Shown: piece after piece, positions 17,640 to 26,918 of the stretch
Position numbering within the stretch: the stretch's first letter is position 1
How the letters are laid out: every line of letters begins with the position of its first letter
Sequence record: NC_061446.1
Strand: one strand, 5' to 3'
Length of the DNA stretch: 64,000 bases
Notes under the pieces: generated by a model
What the model saw: only the letters and a program-made list of their open reading frames with translations
What the model was told of the DNA's origin: nothing
The model's database searches: none
Position numbers and translations under genes: made by a program

Positions 17640-17820
17640 ATTCGTAAATAACCTATCTGCTTCCCTAGCCAGTTCTCCTCGACACACAATCTCCTATCCT
17701 GTCCTGTATCTCAAAACATCTCTATCTCCACTGGTACTACTCAAAAATGCACCAGCGCCTACAGTCATCCTGTTCTCTAATTCAACCTTGCAGACTCGGT
17801 CGTCTGTGTTGTACTTCTCA
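17640..17820. ncRNA. candidate GGA-repeat (CsrB/RsmB-like) small RNA on the minus strand, or UCCU-rich leader on the plus strand
   Basis: G-poor non-coding stretch with seven TCC triplets in 17662-17770. The minus strand reads CAGGATG...CAGGACAGGATAGGAG...GAGGAG...AGGGAA. Confidence 0.35.
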
Positions 17821-17833
17821 AGAGGAAAATGTG

Positions 17834-19681
17834 ATGATTGAAGTAAACTGCTTTGCTGATCTGCGTACAACCAAACCTGAGAAAGCTGGCGCTCTGGCTT
17901 TACTCGCTCGCTACTACGACAAAGACAGTAAGTTCCGTGGTGGTGGTGGTTGGTTCATCGGTTACCCTCAGAAAGACGTTCCGGCAGACGATGGTGGTAT
18001 TATCGCTGTAGGTAAAGACGACAAAGGCAACCCGTTTTTCTGGCAGCGCGTTGTCAATGACCCTGAAGAGATCAACATTCTGCACTTCGGTGGTCGCTGT
18101 GACGGCAAGACAGATGACAGCGATGCGTATCGTCGCAACTTCATGTGGGTGTTCAACATGAAAGACGGAAGTGACACGCTGGGCGTCAAGTTGCCTTCGG
18201 GCACAACTGTTCTTAACCCTATGGACTTCACTGACCTGGGCGAGATTCCTGTGTTTGCTATGTATGGCGATACACGCTGTCTCAAAGGCTGGCGTCCTCG
18301 TGTCAAAGTCATTAGTAATCAGGGAGACAAGCAGGTAATCAAAGTCAAGGCGCGTCGTACCGTCATTCAGGGCATCAACTGGAACGGTCAGTGCTATCCA
18401 AAAGTTGACGGCAAGAAGGTTGAAGTGGCGACCATTGCTGGTGCAGTAATGCCTGAGCAACGTAGCAACAACCAAATCTTCTTTGAGAACATCTGTGCTA
18501 TGGGTCAGTACGTAGGTGTTCACTGTTTCCGCGCAGAGAACACGGGCGGCTCTGCACTCAAATTTCAGGACACTATCGACACGTCAATCACTGAGATCTA
18601 TGGCTCGAAGATTTTCGGTGCTGTGATTGAAGCCAAGTGGTCGAACACGAAAGAAGCTGGCTGGAACCACTCTACTGCTGTGCGCCTTGAGAACGGTAAC
18701 TTCCAGTATGGCTACGGTCCTGCTGTACTCGATATGCCGCGTATGACTCAAGCGTTCATGAAGAACATCTGGATTGAGCACACGCGCTTCCCCGGTAATC
18801 TGAATGACGGTCAGTGGGTATTCGAAGGCAACTCTATCGAAAGCTCTGACAACCCTCTGAATCTCGCCAACACTCGTTGCGTTATTAACGGCTTCTACTT
18901 CCAGGGCAAAGGCACCATGACTCTGGAACGCGCTAAGAGTCCTGATAACTGGCTGTCAGGCTACGAGCGCGGTAACATCCGCACTGAGACATACGGCATC
19001 ATCATGACCGATGCGTGTTTCCGTCCGGGTTACTACACTGGCTATAAAGTAACGAACACAACTGATCAGGATAAGTGGTTCTATATCGGTGACTTTTCGT
19101 TCCCTAAAGTCGGCCAGATTTGGCAGATTGAGTTCCTGTCCAATCACGGTGCTCAGGTGCCCAACGCCAAGCTGCAACAACCGGCAGACATGGAAGGTAT
19201 GGGACGTCGTGTTATTACTATGCAACGCTGCACGGTACCTAATGCGAAGGTCTATGCCGATATGCACTGCATGGGCAAAGATGCAATTGTCGATGTTGTG
19301 TACCAGCGCCTGTGGGATACTCACGGTAAGGTGTTTATCAAAGTCGCAGCCAAAGCAGGCGATGTGATTTTCAACTTGACTACTACAGGTCCGACTCGTT
19401 TCGAAGAAGGCGTCTGTACTCTCTACTCGGATGGTCCTGTTGAGTGCGTTGGTGATCTGCTGACAGAAATGACCACCAGCGTTGAAAAGAACCTGAAAGA
19501 CTATGCTCGACCACAATCTCGTTTCAGTCTTCATAATGGACTGGCTGGTATTGGTGCAAACGAGCAAGGCGTCATCACAATGCAGACTAAAGAAGGCTCT
19601 GCACCTAAAGACCCTACCAAGCCTACTGGCTATACGACGATCAACATCAACGGTGTTGATCGACTCGTTCCCTACTATTGA
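17834..19681 (+). CDS. amsF: AmsF/WceF-like exopolysaccharide-modifying enzyme (tailspike-like beta-helix)
   Basis: FADLRTTKPEKAG..RYYDKDS.F.GGG.FIG...DDGG..A.G...W.RVVND..N..HFG..DG..DD N-terminus and WNHSTA motif, as recalled for Erwinia AmsF and Pantoea WceF. GAGG SD. Confidence 0.75.
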   Translation: MIEVNCFADLRTTKPEKAGALALLARYYDKDSKFRGGGGWFIGYPQKDVPADDGGIIAVGKDDKGNPFFWQRVVNDPEEINILHFGGRCDGKTDDSDAYRRNFMWVFNMKDGSDTLGVKLPSGTTVLNPMDFTDLGEIPVFAMYGDTRCLKGWRPRVKVISNQGDKQVIKVKARRTVIQGINWNGQCYPKVDGKKVEVATIAGAVMPEQRSNNQIFFENICAMGQYVGVHCFRAENTGGSALKFQDTIDTSITEIYGSKIFGAVIEAKWSNTKEAGWNHSTAVRLENGNFQYGYGPAVLDMPRMTQAFMKNIWIEHTRFPGNLNDGQWVFEGNSIESSDNPLNLANTRCVINGFYFQGKGTMTLERAKSPDNWLSGYERGNIRTETYGIIMTDACFRPGYYTGYKVTNTTDQDKWFYIGDFSFPKVGQIWQIEFLSNHGAQVPNAKLQQPADMEGMGRRVITMQRCTVPNAKVYADMHCMGKDAIVDVVYQRLWDTHGKVFIKVAAKAGDVIFNLTTTGPTRFEEGVCTLYSDGPVECVGDLLTEMTTSVEKNLKDYARPQSRFSLHNGLAGIGANEQGVITMQTKEGSAPKDPTKPTGYTTININGVDRLVPYY

Positions 19682-19687
19682 TCACAC

Positions 19688-19710
19688 GAGGGGCGCAATG
19701 CCCCTCTTTT
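19688..19710 (+). terminator. intrinsic terminator
   Basis: GAGGGGC-GCAAT-GCCCCTC then TTTT. Confidence 0.8.
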
Positions 19711-19758
19711 CATTCTGTGACTTAACTCAAACGCAACGCTCCAGAGATGCAACTATGC

Positions 19759-19809
19759 AAATAATAGGCTGAAATAGGTCTATATATGCACATGCGCCTG
19801 TGATACACT
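19759..19809 (+). promoter_or_regulatory. early-type sigma70 promoter with conserved upstream box
   Basis: AAATAATAGGCTGAAA-N6-TATATA-N17-TACACT with TGn extension. Confidence 0.7.
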
Positions 19810-19862
19810 ATATGCAGACGCTACACGTCGTAGCGCATACAACTCATGCTAAGGGGCATACA

Positions 19863-20561
19863 ATGAAAGCAGCAAACTTTGATAAAGCATTCAACGCGAA
19901 AGACGAAGCAACCTTAAACGCATACGCTGATCGTATTCAGCAAGCGCTTAACGCTCTGGGCCGTTATGACCTGAAGATCAAAATCATCTTCGGTACCGAC
20001 CCGTTCAGCGAGTTCCCTGATTTTGTGAATGACCCGAACGGTTTTCGTGTCGTCCAGAACAACGAAGAAGTTTTCGACATATACACGCCGACCGAGAAAC
20101 AAATTGAAGGTGATTCGTCTGATGTTTTCGTCTACGCGGCAATCGGCGGCGTAGAAGCCTCCAAGTGGGGAAAAGAAGTTTCCGATAATGATGTAGAAGA
20201 AATTGCCGCTGACCTGAACGAAGAAATCGAACGTGCAGGCCGTGTGTTTTATGAAGAAGACCGCGCAATGCTGCAAGAGATTGCCGACAAGCTCAATTCT
20301 CAAATGCAGCGCACCGACGCTCGCGTGATCGTTACAAACGGTGCCGAAGACAATCTCATTCTTATGGTTGTCGGTTATGCTGAGGGTGAAGTCAGTGACG
20401 AGTACGGTTTCTTCTTAGACCTGCCGTACACTGATGAAGACGCCGCTGATACAAACTACGTCCTGCACTATGCAGGTTACCCAGATATGAACGATCACAC
20501 GTTCACTTCTGAGTCGCTTGATGAAATCTCAAAAGAGATCGAAACACTCGACCTGCTGTAA
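19863..20561 (+). CDS. acidic hypothetical protein
   Basis: AAGGGG SD before ATG 19863. Confidence 0.8.
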   Translation: MKAANFDKAFNAKDEATLNAYADRIQQALNALGRYDLKIKIIFGTDPFSEFPDFVNDPNGFRVVQNNEEVFDIYTPTEKQIEGDSSDVFVYAAIGGVEASKWGKEVSDNDVEEIAADLNEEIERAGRVFYEEDRAMLQEIADKLNSQMQRTDARVIVTNGAEDNLILMVVGYAEGEVSDEYGFFLDLPYTDEDAADTNYVLHYAGYPDMNDHTFTSESLDEISKEIETLDLL

Positions 20562-20576
20562 TCGCTAACACTGACT

Positions 20577-20600
20577 GCGGGGTTACGGCCCCGCTTACTT
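20577..20600 (+). terminator. probable terminator hairpin
   Basis: GCGGGGT-TACG-GCCCCGC then TTACTT. Confidence 0.6.
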
Positions 20601-20622
20601 ATTTCTATAGAGAGACACGACC

Positions 20623-21243
20623 ATGACTATGCACATCACTACTTTCTTTGTTAAACGTTCTTACGCTTCTCTGGCTGCTGGTTCATTCACTATCGGCGCC
20701 AAGCAAGTGCAAGAGCTGGTGGAATCTGAAATCTTCATCGTGTACGCAAACACGGGACTGGGCAACGCATTCGCCGTACGCAACATCACTCTGACGCCTG
20801 TTGATGAAGCAAACGTGCGTGTTGAGTTCGACCCGCTGACCGACGTTCACGCAATGCCGTCTAGTGTTCTGCCCAAAGAGAGTCTGACTGAAAGCACACA
20901 GCAATATCTCATGGCGCCGGATGACGTGGCCGCTGCCCCTCGCTTCTGCGTATCTAACCACGCATCTGGCAACGAGCCGAACATGTTGTGTCTGAATCAT
21001 GACGTGCGTGAACGCCTGATTCAATATAAGGGCGGCATGATCAGCCTGACAGAGCTGGTACTTGTGCTTCACGACCAAGATATTTCAGTGACCGACATTC
21101 ATCAACATCGTCGCAACAAAGAGAAGTACGTGGCGCAGATCACAGAGCGCACCTCACACGTTATCGAACTGTCGAAAGACAACGGCGTTAAGCAGCACGA
21201 TAGCGACTTCCCGTTGCTTGCTCGCCTGAACGTGTATCTCTAA
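20623..21243 (+). CDS. hypothetical protein
   Basis: 206-aa ORF. The N-terminus contains SYASLA. Confidence 0.75.
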   Translation: MTMHITTFFVKRSYASLAAGSFTIGAKQVQELVESEIFIVYANTGLGNAFAVRNITLTPVDEANVRVEFDPLTDVHAMPSSVLPKESLTESTQQYLMAPDDVAAAPRFCVSNHASGNEPNMLCLNHDVRERLIQYKGGMISLTELVLVLHDQDISVTDIHQHRRNKEKYVAQITERTSHVIELSKDNGVKQHDSDFPLLARLNVYL

Positions 21244-21248
21244 TCAAC

Positions 21249-21299
21249 ATAGCTTTGGACAAAAGCGCCATTGTGCTCTAACGTTCAATGGCGTACTAT
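21249..21299 (+). promoter_or_regulatory. early-type sigma70 promoter with conserved upstream box
   Basis: ..TTGGACAAAA-N6-TTGTGC-N17-TACTAT. Confidence 0.65.
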
Positions 21300-21346
21300 G
21301 TAATCTCTAGCGCAATGACGCGCTCAATCAAGAAAGAGGCAATATC

Positions 21347-21592
21347 ATGTCAGAGAAACAAATCACACTCGATCTTATCGCAGACGTAGCATCGCCGACT
21401 GAAATCATCTTTGAAGATGGTGAGTCTTCTAACGACTGGCTCAAGCCGTATGACCTGCGCCTGGCTGTTACGCAGACTGTCGGCCCGAACGGCTATCCCG
21501 AAGTTGCAATCATCGGCCATGAAGATGATCTGCGTCGCTTCTTGGCTGAGAAGCTGCCTGACACTGACGGCGAACTCGAAGACGTGCGTTAA
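21347..21592 (+). CDS. small acidic hypothetical protein
   Basis: GAGG SD, 81 aa. Confidence 0.75.
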   Translation: MSEKQITLDLIADVASPTEIIFEDGESSNDWLKPYDLRLAVTQTVGPNGYPEVAIIGHEDDLRRFLAEKLPDTDGELEDVR

Positions 21593-21641
21593 TCTTATGG
21601 GGCCTCGTGCCCCATTTCTACTTTCTGCCTGAGATACGACT

Positions 21642-22130
21642 ATGAAAAACCAATATCTGATTCTTCGCATGAGCCCTGCTGATTTATACGACAATCAATT
21701 TCTGATGCGCGGCTTCAATCGCAAACGTATCGAAAACGTCATTGGCGTTATCGTTGTTGTTGATCACTCCGACAGCATGTATCACCTGTCGCGTGTTCAA
21801 GTTGACCTGTTGCAGTCTGACACACAGCAGAACTGGGCAAGACTGAGTTGGTCTAGCATAGATCGTGAGAGCATTGACTTAGGCATGCGCAGCCTGCCGC
21901 CTGAGCTGGCTATTGCCATTCGTGCTATGCGAAACAATCGTATGTATCACACCGTCGATACAAAAATCCCTGTGGCGTTTCGTGATCGTCACACTAACTT
22001 CGCCTACACGCCGAGCGCCGTACGCAAGATTGCTAACAGAGAAACGAAGTCACTCGACGACTTCACTGTAGAAGAAATCGTAGCGCACCTGAAACAACGT
22101 CTTGGCGTTGAGATTGAAATCAAACTGTAA
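21642..22130 (+). CDS. hypothetical protein
   Basis: 162-aa ORF after a hairpin at 21597-21615. Confidence 0.75.
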   Translation: MKNQYLILRMSPADLYDNQFLMRGFNRKRIENVIGVIVVVDHSDSMYHLSRVQVDLLQSDTQQNWARLSWSSIDRESIDLGMRSLPPELAIAIRAMRNNRMYHTVDTKIPVAFRDRHTNFAYTPSAVRKIANRETKSLDDFTVEEIVAHLKQRLGVEIEIKL

Positions 22131-22177
22131 ACACTTAAGGCTCACATTACGTGGGCCGTTTCTATTTGGAGAATGCT

Positions 22178-22438
22178 ATGATTTATGAACGCGAAGAACT
22201 CGCTGCAATGCCGCTTGACGTGCTGTACAATCTCGCTGGCGCTAAAGGTCTGTTAGACGATCTGACCGACGATGACGATGCGCCTGATCGTGAAGCGCTG
22301 ACTGAGATGATTCTCGAATCGCAGTCACTCGAACAGCAGGCAGACGAAGACGACGCAGCCAAGCGTCAGGCAGAAGATGATCGCGACCCGCGTATCAATC
22401 GTCGTGATGGTCAAGACGGCTCGGATGATTACTGCTAA
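22178..22438 (+). CDS. acidic protein with HeH/Rho-N-like helical module
   Basis: REELAAMPLDVLYNLAGAKGL...REALTEMIL. GGAG SD. Confidence 0.65.
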   Translation: MIYEREELAAMPLDVLYNLAGAKGLLDDLTDDDDAPDREALTEMILESQSLEQQADEDDAAKRQAEDDRDPRINRRDGQDGSDDYC

Positions 22439-22656
22439 TGTCACCTACTGAACTGAACGAATATCTACATCTGGTGCTGACGCCTGTTGCTATGGCTTGG
22501 CGTGAACAGTTTCCCAAAAAGAAACAAGTGATCGCTTCGGTGAAAACGCCGTACTCTTGTCGCATCAAGTTCGTCGAAGACCAAGAGGTTGAAAAACAGT
22601 GGCAGGCATTCTGCCGTACTCACGGTCTCAAGAACGAAGAAACACTCGAAATCTAA
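22438..22656 (+). CDS. hypothetical protein
   Basis: TAATG coupling, 72 aa. Confidence 0.7.
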   Translation: MSPTELNEYLHLVLTPVAMAWREQFPKKKQVIASVKTPYSCRIKFVEDQEVEKQWQAFCRTHGLKNEETLEI

Positions 22657-22660
22657 ATCA

Positions 22661-22689
22661 AAGGGCTGCCATTGCTGGTGGCCCTTTTT
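22661..22689 (+). terminator. intrinsic terminator
   Basis: AAGGGCTGCCA-TTGC-TGGTGGCCCTT then TTT. Confidence 0.75.
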
Positions 22690-22694
22690 CATTT

Positions 22695-22702
22695 CTGTAA
22701 AT
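22695..22702 (+). promoter_or_regulatory. CTGTAAAT box immediately after a terminator
   Basis: Recurrent motif, 32 nt before ATG 22735. Confidence 0.6.
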
Positions 22703-22734
22703 AACTCGTACAACAATCAACGCGAGTCACTACA

Positions 22735-23100
22735 ATGCGCCGCTTCATTCTCGTTCTCAATGTCACTCAGGCAGAGCTAGACGTCCGCCACTTCATGCAA
22801 ATCAAACTCAACATCATAAGCACCCTGCGCCGAGCCGCCTGTGTTCTGCTTGTTGTGCGTGAGACGAAACAGGTCATGTGTGTTTCAGAGCTGACCTTTC
22901 AAACTGCGTCAGGCAATCTCAAGCGTGTTGACTTCGACGCACCTCGCGATGTTACTGCGCACGTAATCAAATACAACGAACTGATGATGGCTATGGCAAA
23001 CAACGCCAGAGACCTAAGCGTTCGTCACTTTGGCCGACAGGTCGAGCTAGATACAGCCGACACCAAACGCCTGTTCACTCAACTGGAGATTATTGCATGA
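22735..23100 (+). CDS. hypothetical protein
   Basis: 121-aa ORF. Confidence 0.7.
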   Translation: MRRFILVLNVTQAELDVRHFMQIKLNIISTLRRAACVLLVVRETKQVMCVSELTFQTASGNLKRVDFDAPRDVTAHVIKYNELMMAMANNARDLSVRHFGRQVELDTADTKRLFTQLEIIA

Positions 23101-23342
23101 GTCAGTCATTAGGCGCCTCGCTTGGCGCTCGCTTTGCTGTTAGCTCACAAGAGAATATCGAACGCCGTAAGAAGCGTGACCCGAAAAACAAAACGCTGAC
23201 CTGCGCTGGCACAACGGCACAATACAACGCAATCGGAGTGCTGGCAAACAAACTTGATGTAAGCCGCTCGCGTGTTATTGAAATGGCCCTCGAAGAACTG
23301 TTGGCTAAACACAATATCAAAGTCGGCGGTGACAATGACTGA
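23097..23342 (+). CDS. ribbon-helix-helix (CopG/Arc-like) DNA-binding protein
   Basis: TLTCAG strand, helix, then VSRSRVIEMALEELL. Confidence 0.7.
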   Translation: MSQSLGASLGARFAVSSQENIERRKKRDPKNKTLTCAGTTAQYNAIGVLANKLDVSRSRVIEMALEELLAKHNIKVGGDND

Positions 23343-23697
23343 CACGCATATCTACTGCCGTCTGTATGGTGTGCAGCATCGTCTAAAGATTACCGCCTTC
23401 AACTTTATGAAGCAGCCGAACATGATCACTGTCGATTCGTCTGATGTTCTCAAGATGATGCCGCTGATTAATGTTGGTGCAGCCTATGATACATACACGC
23501 CGTACGATGTACTCAAGGCAGGACAGGCTGACTTCAAGATTCGTCTGATCGAAAGAACTGATGCGCATGTCTGGCGCTATGTGTTCGAAGACTATCGTGG
23601 TCAGATGTTTGAAACGTTCTTGATTCGGAGACACTATGAAACGCCTAGGGATTGTAACGGTGTTGTCATTAAAGGACAAACAACCCAAATCATGTGA
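23335..23697 (+). CDS. hypothetical protein
   Basis: ATG 23335 (MTDTHIY) overlapping the upstream stop. Confidence 0.7.
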   Translation: MTDTHIYCRLYGVQHRLKITAFNFMKQPNMITVDSSDVLKMMPLINVGAAYDTYTPYDVLKAGQADFKIRLIERTDAHVWRYVFEDYRGQMFETFLIRRHYETPRDCNGVVIKGQTTQIM

Positions 23698-24271
23698 TCT
23701 CGATATTGTGCCTGTGTCGAAAGACGAAGAATGGGGCTCGCTGAGTCCCTTTCATTTAGGGCCGTGTCGAACGCCTGACGGTACGATGTTTCTCAACATG
23801 GAGAATCTCTGGCAGTACAGCAAAGTGTACGACGACCATGTTATCAATTCGAATGACCTGTTCCTTGGTGAGATCTCAAGTGACTGGTGGCAGTGGCATT
23901 TAAAGGGAAGTAAATCACAACAGGCGCATCGCTATCCTATGGGGAAAGGCCAGAAGGCTTTATTCTCCAAATGGGGCGACTTGCGCCTTTCGTACATTTC
24001 GGCGCGTAAACAAATCTATGTGCCTGAATATGCGAAGCTGGTGGTGCAGCAGCCGAAATTTAGACGCTTGTTGAAAGAGTACAGGAAAGGTGCGCACATA
24101 GTTTTACGTGACTATGACACCTACGATATTCTTCGAGCCTACCCAGATGCGCGTAGCCCGTGGGTATCGGCAATCGAAAACGACAACGCAAAGTTCGGCC
24201 ATGCTTTTGTTATCGCCCTGTGCCTGTTATTTCACGAAAGACCACTCTGGTACAATCAATGGATAATATGA
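23636..24271 (+). CDS. DUF6939-like protein (possible NADAR-like fold)
   Basis: LSPFHLGP, ENLWQYSKVY, YISARKQIYVPEY and GHAFVIA motifs. GGAG SD. Confidence 0.6.
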   Translation: MKRLGIVTVLSLKDKQPKSCDLDIVPVSKDEEWGSLSPFHLGPCRTPDGTMFLNMENLWQYSKVYDDHVINSNDLFLGEISSDWWQWHLKGSKSQQAHRYPMGKGQKALFSKWGDLRLSYISARKQIYVPEYAKLVVQQPKFRRLLKEYRKGAHIVLRDYDTYDILRAYPDARSPWVSAIENDNAKFGHAFVIALCLLFHERPLWYNQWII

Positions 24272-24576
24272 AATACGAAGCCTGCATCGATCTATTCACA
24301 CGCGCCGGAAACATGAACCTCCCGATTCTGCCTAAGTGTGAACTACAGGCAACTCTATTCGATCAGTATACGAAAAAGCGAATACCAGTTCGCTTTAATG
24401 CCACAAACGTAATCAAGGTCAATGGGGCTACGTGCGGCAGCCTGCAAATCTTCGACTGTGTTAATCTGATCATCTGGTCATCGTTCGATGTTAGTCGCTT
24501 TACGCTGCATATAGAGCGAGTACACAAGGCAGACGTGTCGGAGAGCGCCCAGCAGTCTGTCGAACTCTGCAAATAA
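24268..24576 (+). CDS. hypothetical protein
   Basis: ATGA overlap. Its stop lies inside the next promoter box. Confidence 0.7.
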   Translation: MKYEACIDLFTRAGNMNLPILPKCELQATLFDQYTKKRIPVRFNATNVIKVNGATCGSLQIFDCVNLIIWSSFDVSRFTLHIERVHKADVSESAQQSVELCK

Positions 24577-24621
24577 CTGGTCAAAATAGCCGTTCTTTTC
24601 AGTACCAGTTTATGTTATACT
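24571..24621 (+). promoter_or_regulatory. early-type sigma70 promoter with conserved upstream box
   Basis: AAATAACTGGTCAAAA-N6-TTCTTT-N17-TATACT (TGn). Confidence 0.75.
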
Positions 24622-24667
24622 GAGAGCAAGCGCTATTGCTCATAAAACTCAAGCTGAGGAACTTAAC

Positions 24668-24985
24668 ATGTCGTCTTCTACTACTCTGACTTTCATTTTC
24701 CCTGAAATGACTACTCTGGAAGTTTCTATCGGCAACGGCGTTGTGCCACAATATCTGGGTCTCGCGGAAAACCGAGACATAACATTCAGCGACATTAAGG
24801 CGTTGCGCCTGATGCAAGACTCAAACGTTATCGGAGTAATGAGTCGCTTCGACCAGTCGATGCTGAATATGTTGATTGCTCGCCACGAAACGAACGAGCA
24901 TATCCGCTGCCGTGAGGCTATTGATAATGGCAGCGAGTATTTCCCATCTACTTGTCTCTACCTGAAAGTAGCGCATCACCGCTAA
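24668..24985 (+). CDS. hypothetical protein
   Basis: TGAGGA SD. Confidence 0.75.
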   Translation: MSSSTTLTFIFPEMTTLEVSIGNGVVPQYLGLAENRDITFSDIKALRLMQDSNVIGVMSRFDQSMLNMLIARHETNEHIRCREAIDNGSEYFPSTCLYLKVAHHR

Positions 24986-24993
24986 GATTTGTG

Positions 24994-25016
24994 AAGGGCA
25001 TTTGCGAGTGCCCTTT
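24994..25016 (+). terminator. probable terminator
   Basis: AAGGGCATT-TGCG-AGTGCCCTT then T. Confidence 0.6.
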
Positions 25017-25048
25017 GAAAATCAAACCCACGTTCTGAGGAGAACAAA

Positions 25049-25405
25049 ATGACTTCTACTGAAATGCCACGCGATGCCCGCGCTTTTGACGACCTCGACA
25101 ACAACGGCTTCTTGCGTATCACTAACTGCCTGTCGATCATTCTTTCTCGTGGTGATTTAGAACTCGTTACTGATATTGCAGATCGCACCGTCACTGTTAA
25201 GTATCGCACGGGAGCTGTGAACAAACTCGGACATGGACACGTCGTTCTGCGTTTCCCGTCAGAAGTGCTTCAATCTGATATTCTCGAAGACTTCGAAGTG
25301 ACTGTCGATAAAGATATTGTGATTCTTATCGAACGCCAGTACAGTTCAGCCGCAACGTTTCAGCGTATTGCAGGCGTGATTGAAGGTCTGATGTACAAAC
25401 TGTGA
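25049..25405 (+). CDS. hypothetical protein
   Basis: GAGGAG SD. Confidence 0.75.
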   Translation: MTSTEMPRDARAFDDLDNNGFLRITNCLSIILSRGDLELVTDIADRTVTVKYRTGAVNKLGHGHVVLRFPSEVLQSDILEDFEVTVDKDIVILIERQYSSAATFQRIAGVIEGLMYKL

Positions 25406-25469
25406 TTGTTGCTCGCAGGTTCTTACGAGAGCCTGCTGTCAACATAACCCATAAGCTGAGGAGCTTAAC

Positions 25470-25877
25470 ATGAAACAGTACCCGCAGCGTTATCGCGTCT
25501 ACACGTTGAAAGAAATCGAAACGGAACTGGAGCTGCGTGACAGCCCATTCTTGCAGTTCACGCCGCAGAAAGTTCGCTATGTCGGCCTCGAACCTACCCA
25601 GCAGGTGATTCAGCAATCGAACATTGCGGGCCCTCTATCTGATATTGAAGGCTGGGCAGATACTGAGTGGACGTATCTGTATGAAACCGAAGAATGGATT
25701 CCAATCTTCGTCGCTGTGAACAATGCGCCTGTCGAAGCGCTATGTGTTATCGAGCCTGATACCTCTGAGTTCCGTACAGACGGTACCATGTTCGTTTATC
25801 CGAAAGGCACTGAGTGCAAACAGTACGTGCCTTACGATGAAGCAGTTCACGGCGATCTGCTTGAACGCGACGAATAA
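25470..25877 (+). CDS. hypothetical protein
   Basis: GAGGAG SD. Confidence 0.75.
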   Translation: MKQYPQRYRVYTLKEIETELELRDSPFLQFTPQKVRYVGLEPTQQVIQQSNIAGPLSDIEGWADTEWTYLYETEEWIPIFVAVNNAPVEALCVIEPDTSEFRTDGTMFVYPKGTECKQYVPYDEAVHGDLLERDE

Positions 25878-25883
25878 CAAACA

Positions 25884-25914
25884 GGGATGCTCACGCTGGT
25901 GGGTGTCCCATTTT
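25884..25914 (+). terminator. intrinsic terminator
   Basis: GGGATGCTCAC-GCTG-GTGGGTGTCCC then ATTTT. Confidence 0.7.
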
Positions 25915-25933
25915 ACGTTCAGGGAGGTTTCCG

Positions 25934-26386
25934 ATGGAAATATTCGATCGCTCAAATGTAGTAAGCGCAATCATGCGCAACCTGAAAGACGTGCGGAAGA
26001 TAAAAGACCTACGCACGTTCGACGACAAGGTATACTTTCAGCTTAACGATAAAGGCTACTTTGTTTCTGGCAAATATCCTGAGTTGAAAGTTATCTGTCA
26101 AGGTCAGTATGACTACGAGATGATGGCACAACTCAACTTTGTGTATCAGCGCAAAAAGAAGCCGAGCACGGACACGCCTCTACGTTTGGCTCGCATGGCT
26201 ATGGGCGTATCGCTTGTTGAGGTGGCCAAGCAGCTTGATATAGATGCAGGTAATCTAAGTCGAATTGAACGGGGCATTCAGATCCCAGCGATGGACTTAG
26301 CGGAGCGCATCGCCAAGTATTTCAACAACACAATAACTGCTATTCAAATTTGTCATCCAACTTATAAGGGGAAAACCAATGCTTGA
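25934..26386 (+). CDS. XRE-family HTH regulator with N-terminal extra domain
   Basis: LRLARMAMGVSLVEVAKQLDIDAGNLSRIERG..P...L..IAKYF. Confidence 0.85.
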   Translation: MEIFDRSNVVSAIMRNLKDVRKIKDLRTFDDKVYFQLNDKGYFVSGKYPELKVICQGQYDYEMMAQLNFVYQRKKKPSTDTPLRLARMAMGVSLVEVAKQLDIDAGNLSRIERGIQIPAMDLAERIAKYFNNTITAIQICHPTYKGKTNA

Positions 26387-26918
26387 TCAAATCACTCACA
26401 TCATTCAAGTGATGATGACCAGTCTGAAAGATGTTCGTGCTGTCGAAGAAGTTCGCATCATCGGCAACATGGCAGTGCGCTTCCGTATGAACGGTAAAAC
26501 GTTTGACGTGCGCGGTCACTGCCCGCTGTTCTCTGTACATGAGATTGAAGGCTCCTGCATGGCCGGCACTAAACTTGCCTATGAGATTGAGCGCCAATTG
26601 AATGGCGGCCCAATTGAAAGTCAAGACGAAGAAGACTTCGCGCCTGACTCGCATGAGGAAGCGGTTAACGATCTGCTGTGTGCTCATGTTGACAGTATGG
26701 ACGAGGAACGTGTTCGTGCGTACAACGAAGAATGCGGTGGTCCTGACTTAGACCCAATCAATGGTCAGCGCGTTTGGCTCAAGACGCATCTGATTCATCG
26801 CAGCGCTGAAATGTCCCGCATGTTTGAAGAGGTGCTGTTCATGGAAGGCAAAGAGCGTTACGAGCAACTGCGTAAAGCCATCAAAGCTGTTTACGACCCT
26901 AAACCAAAAGTAGCCTAA
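26379..26918 (+). CDS. hypothetical protein
   Basis: 179-aa ORF with SD. Confidence 0.75.
   Translation: MLDQITHIIQVMMTSLKDVRAVEEVRIIGNMAVRFRMNGKTFDVRGHCPLFSVHEIEGSCMAGTKLAYEIERQLNGGPIESQDEEDFAPDSHEEAVNDLLCAHVDSMDEERVRAYNEECGGPDLDPINGQRVWLKTHLIHRSAEMSRMFEEVLFMEGKERYEQLRKAIKAVYDPKPKVA

Noticed and set aside
17635-17841. 68-aa plus-strand ORF in the G-poor gap
   Set aside because: The GTG start lies in the terminator tail with no SD, and the composition reflects the nucleotide bias.
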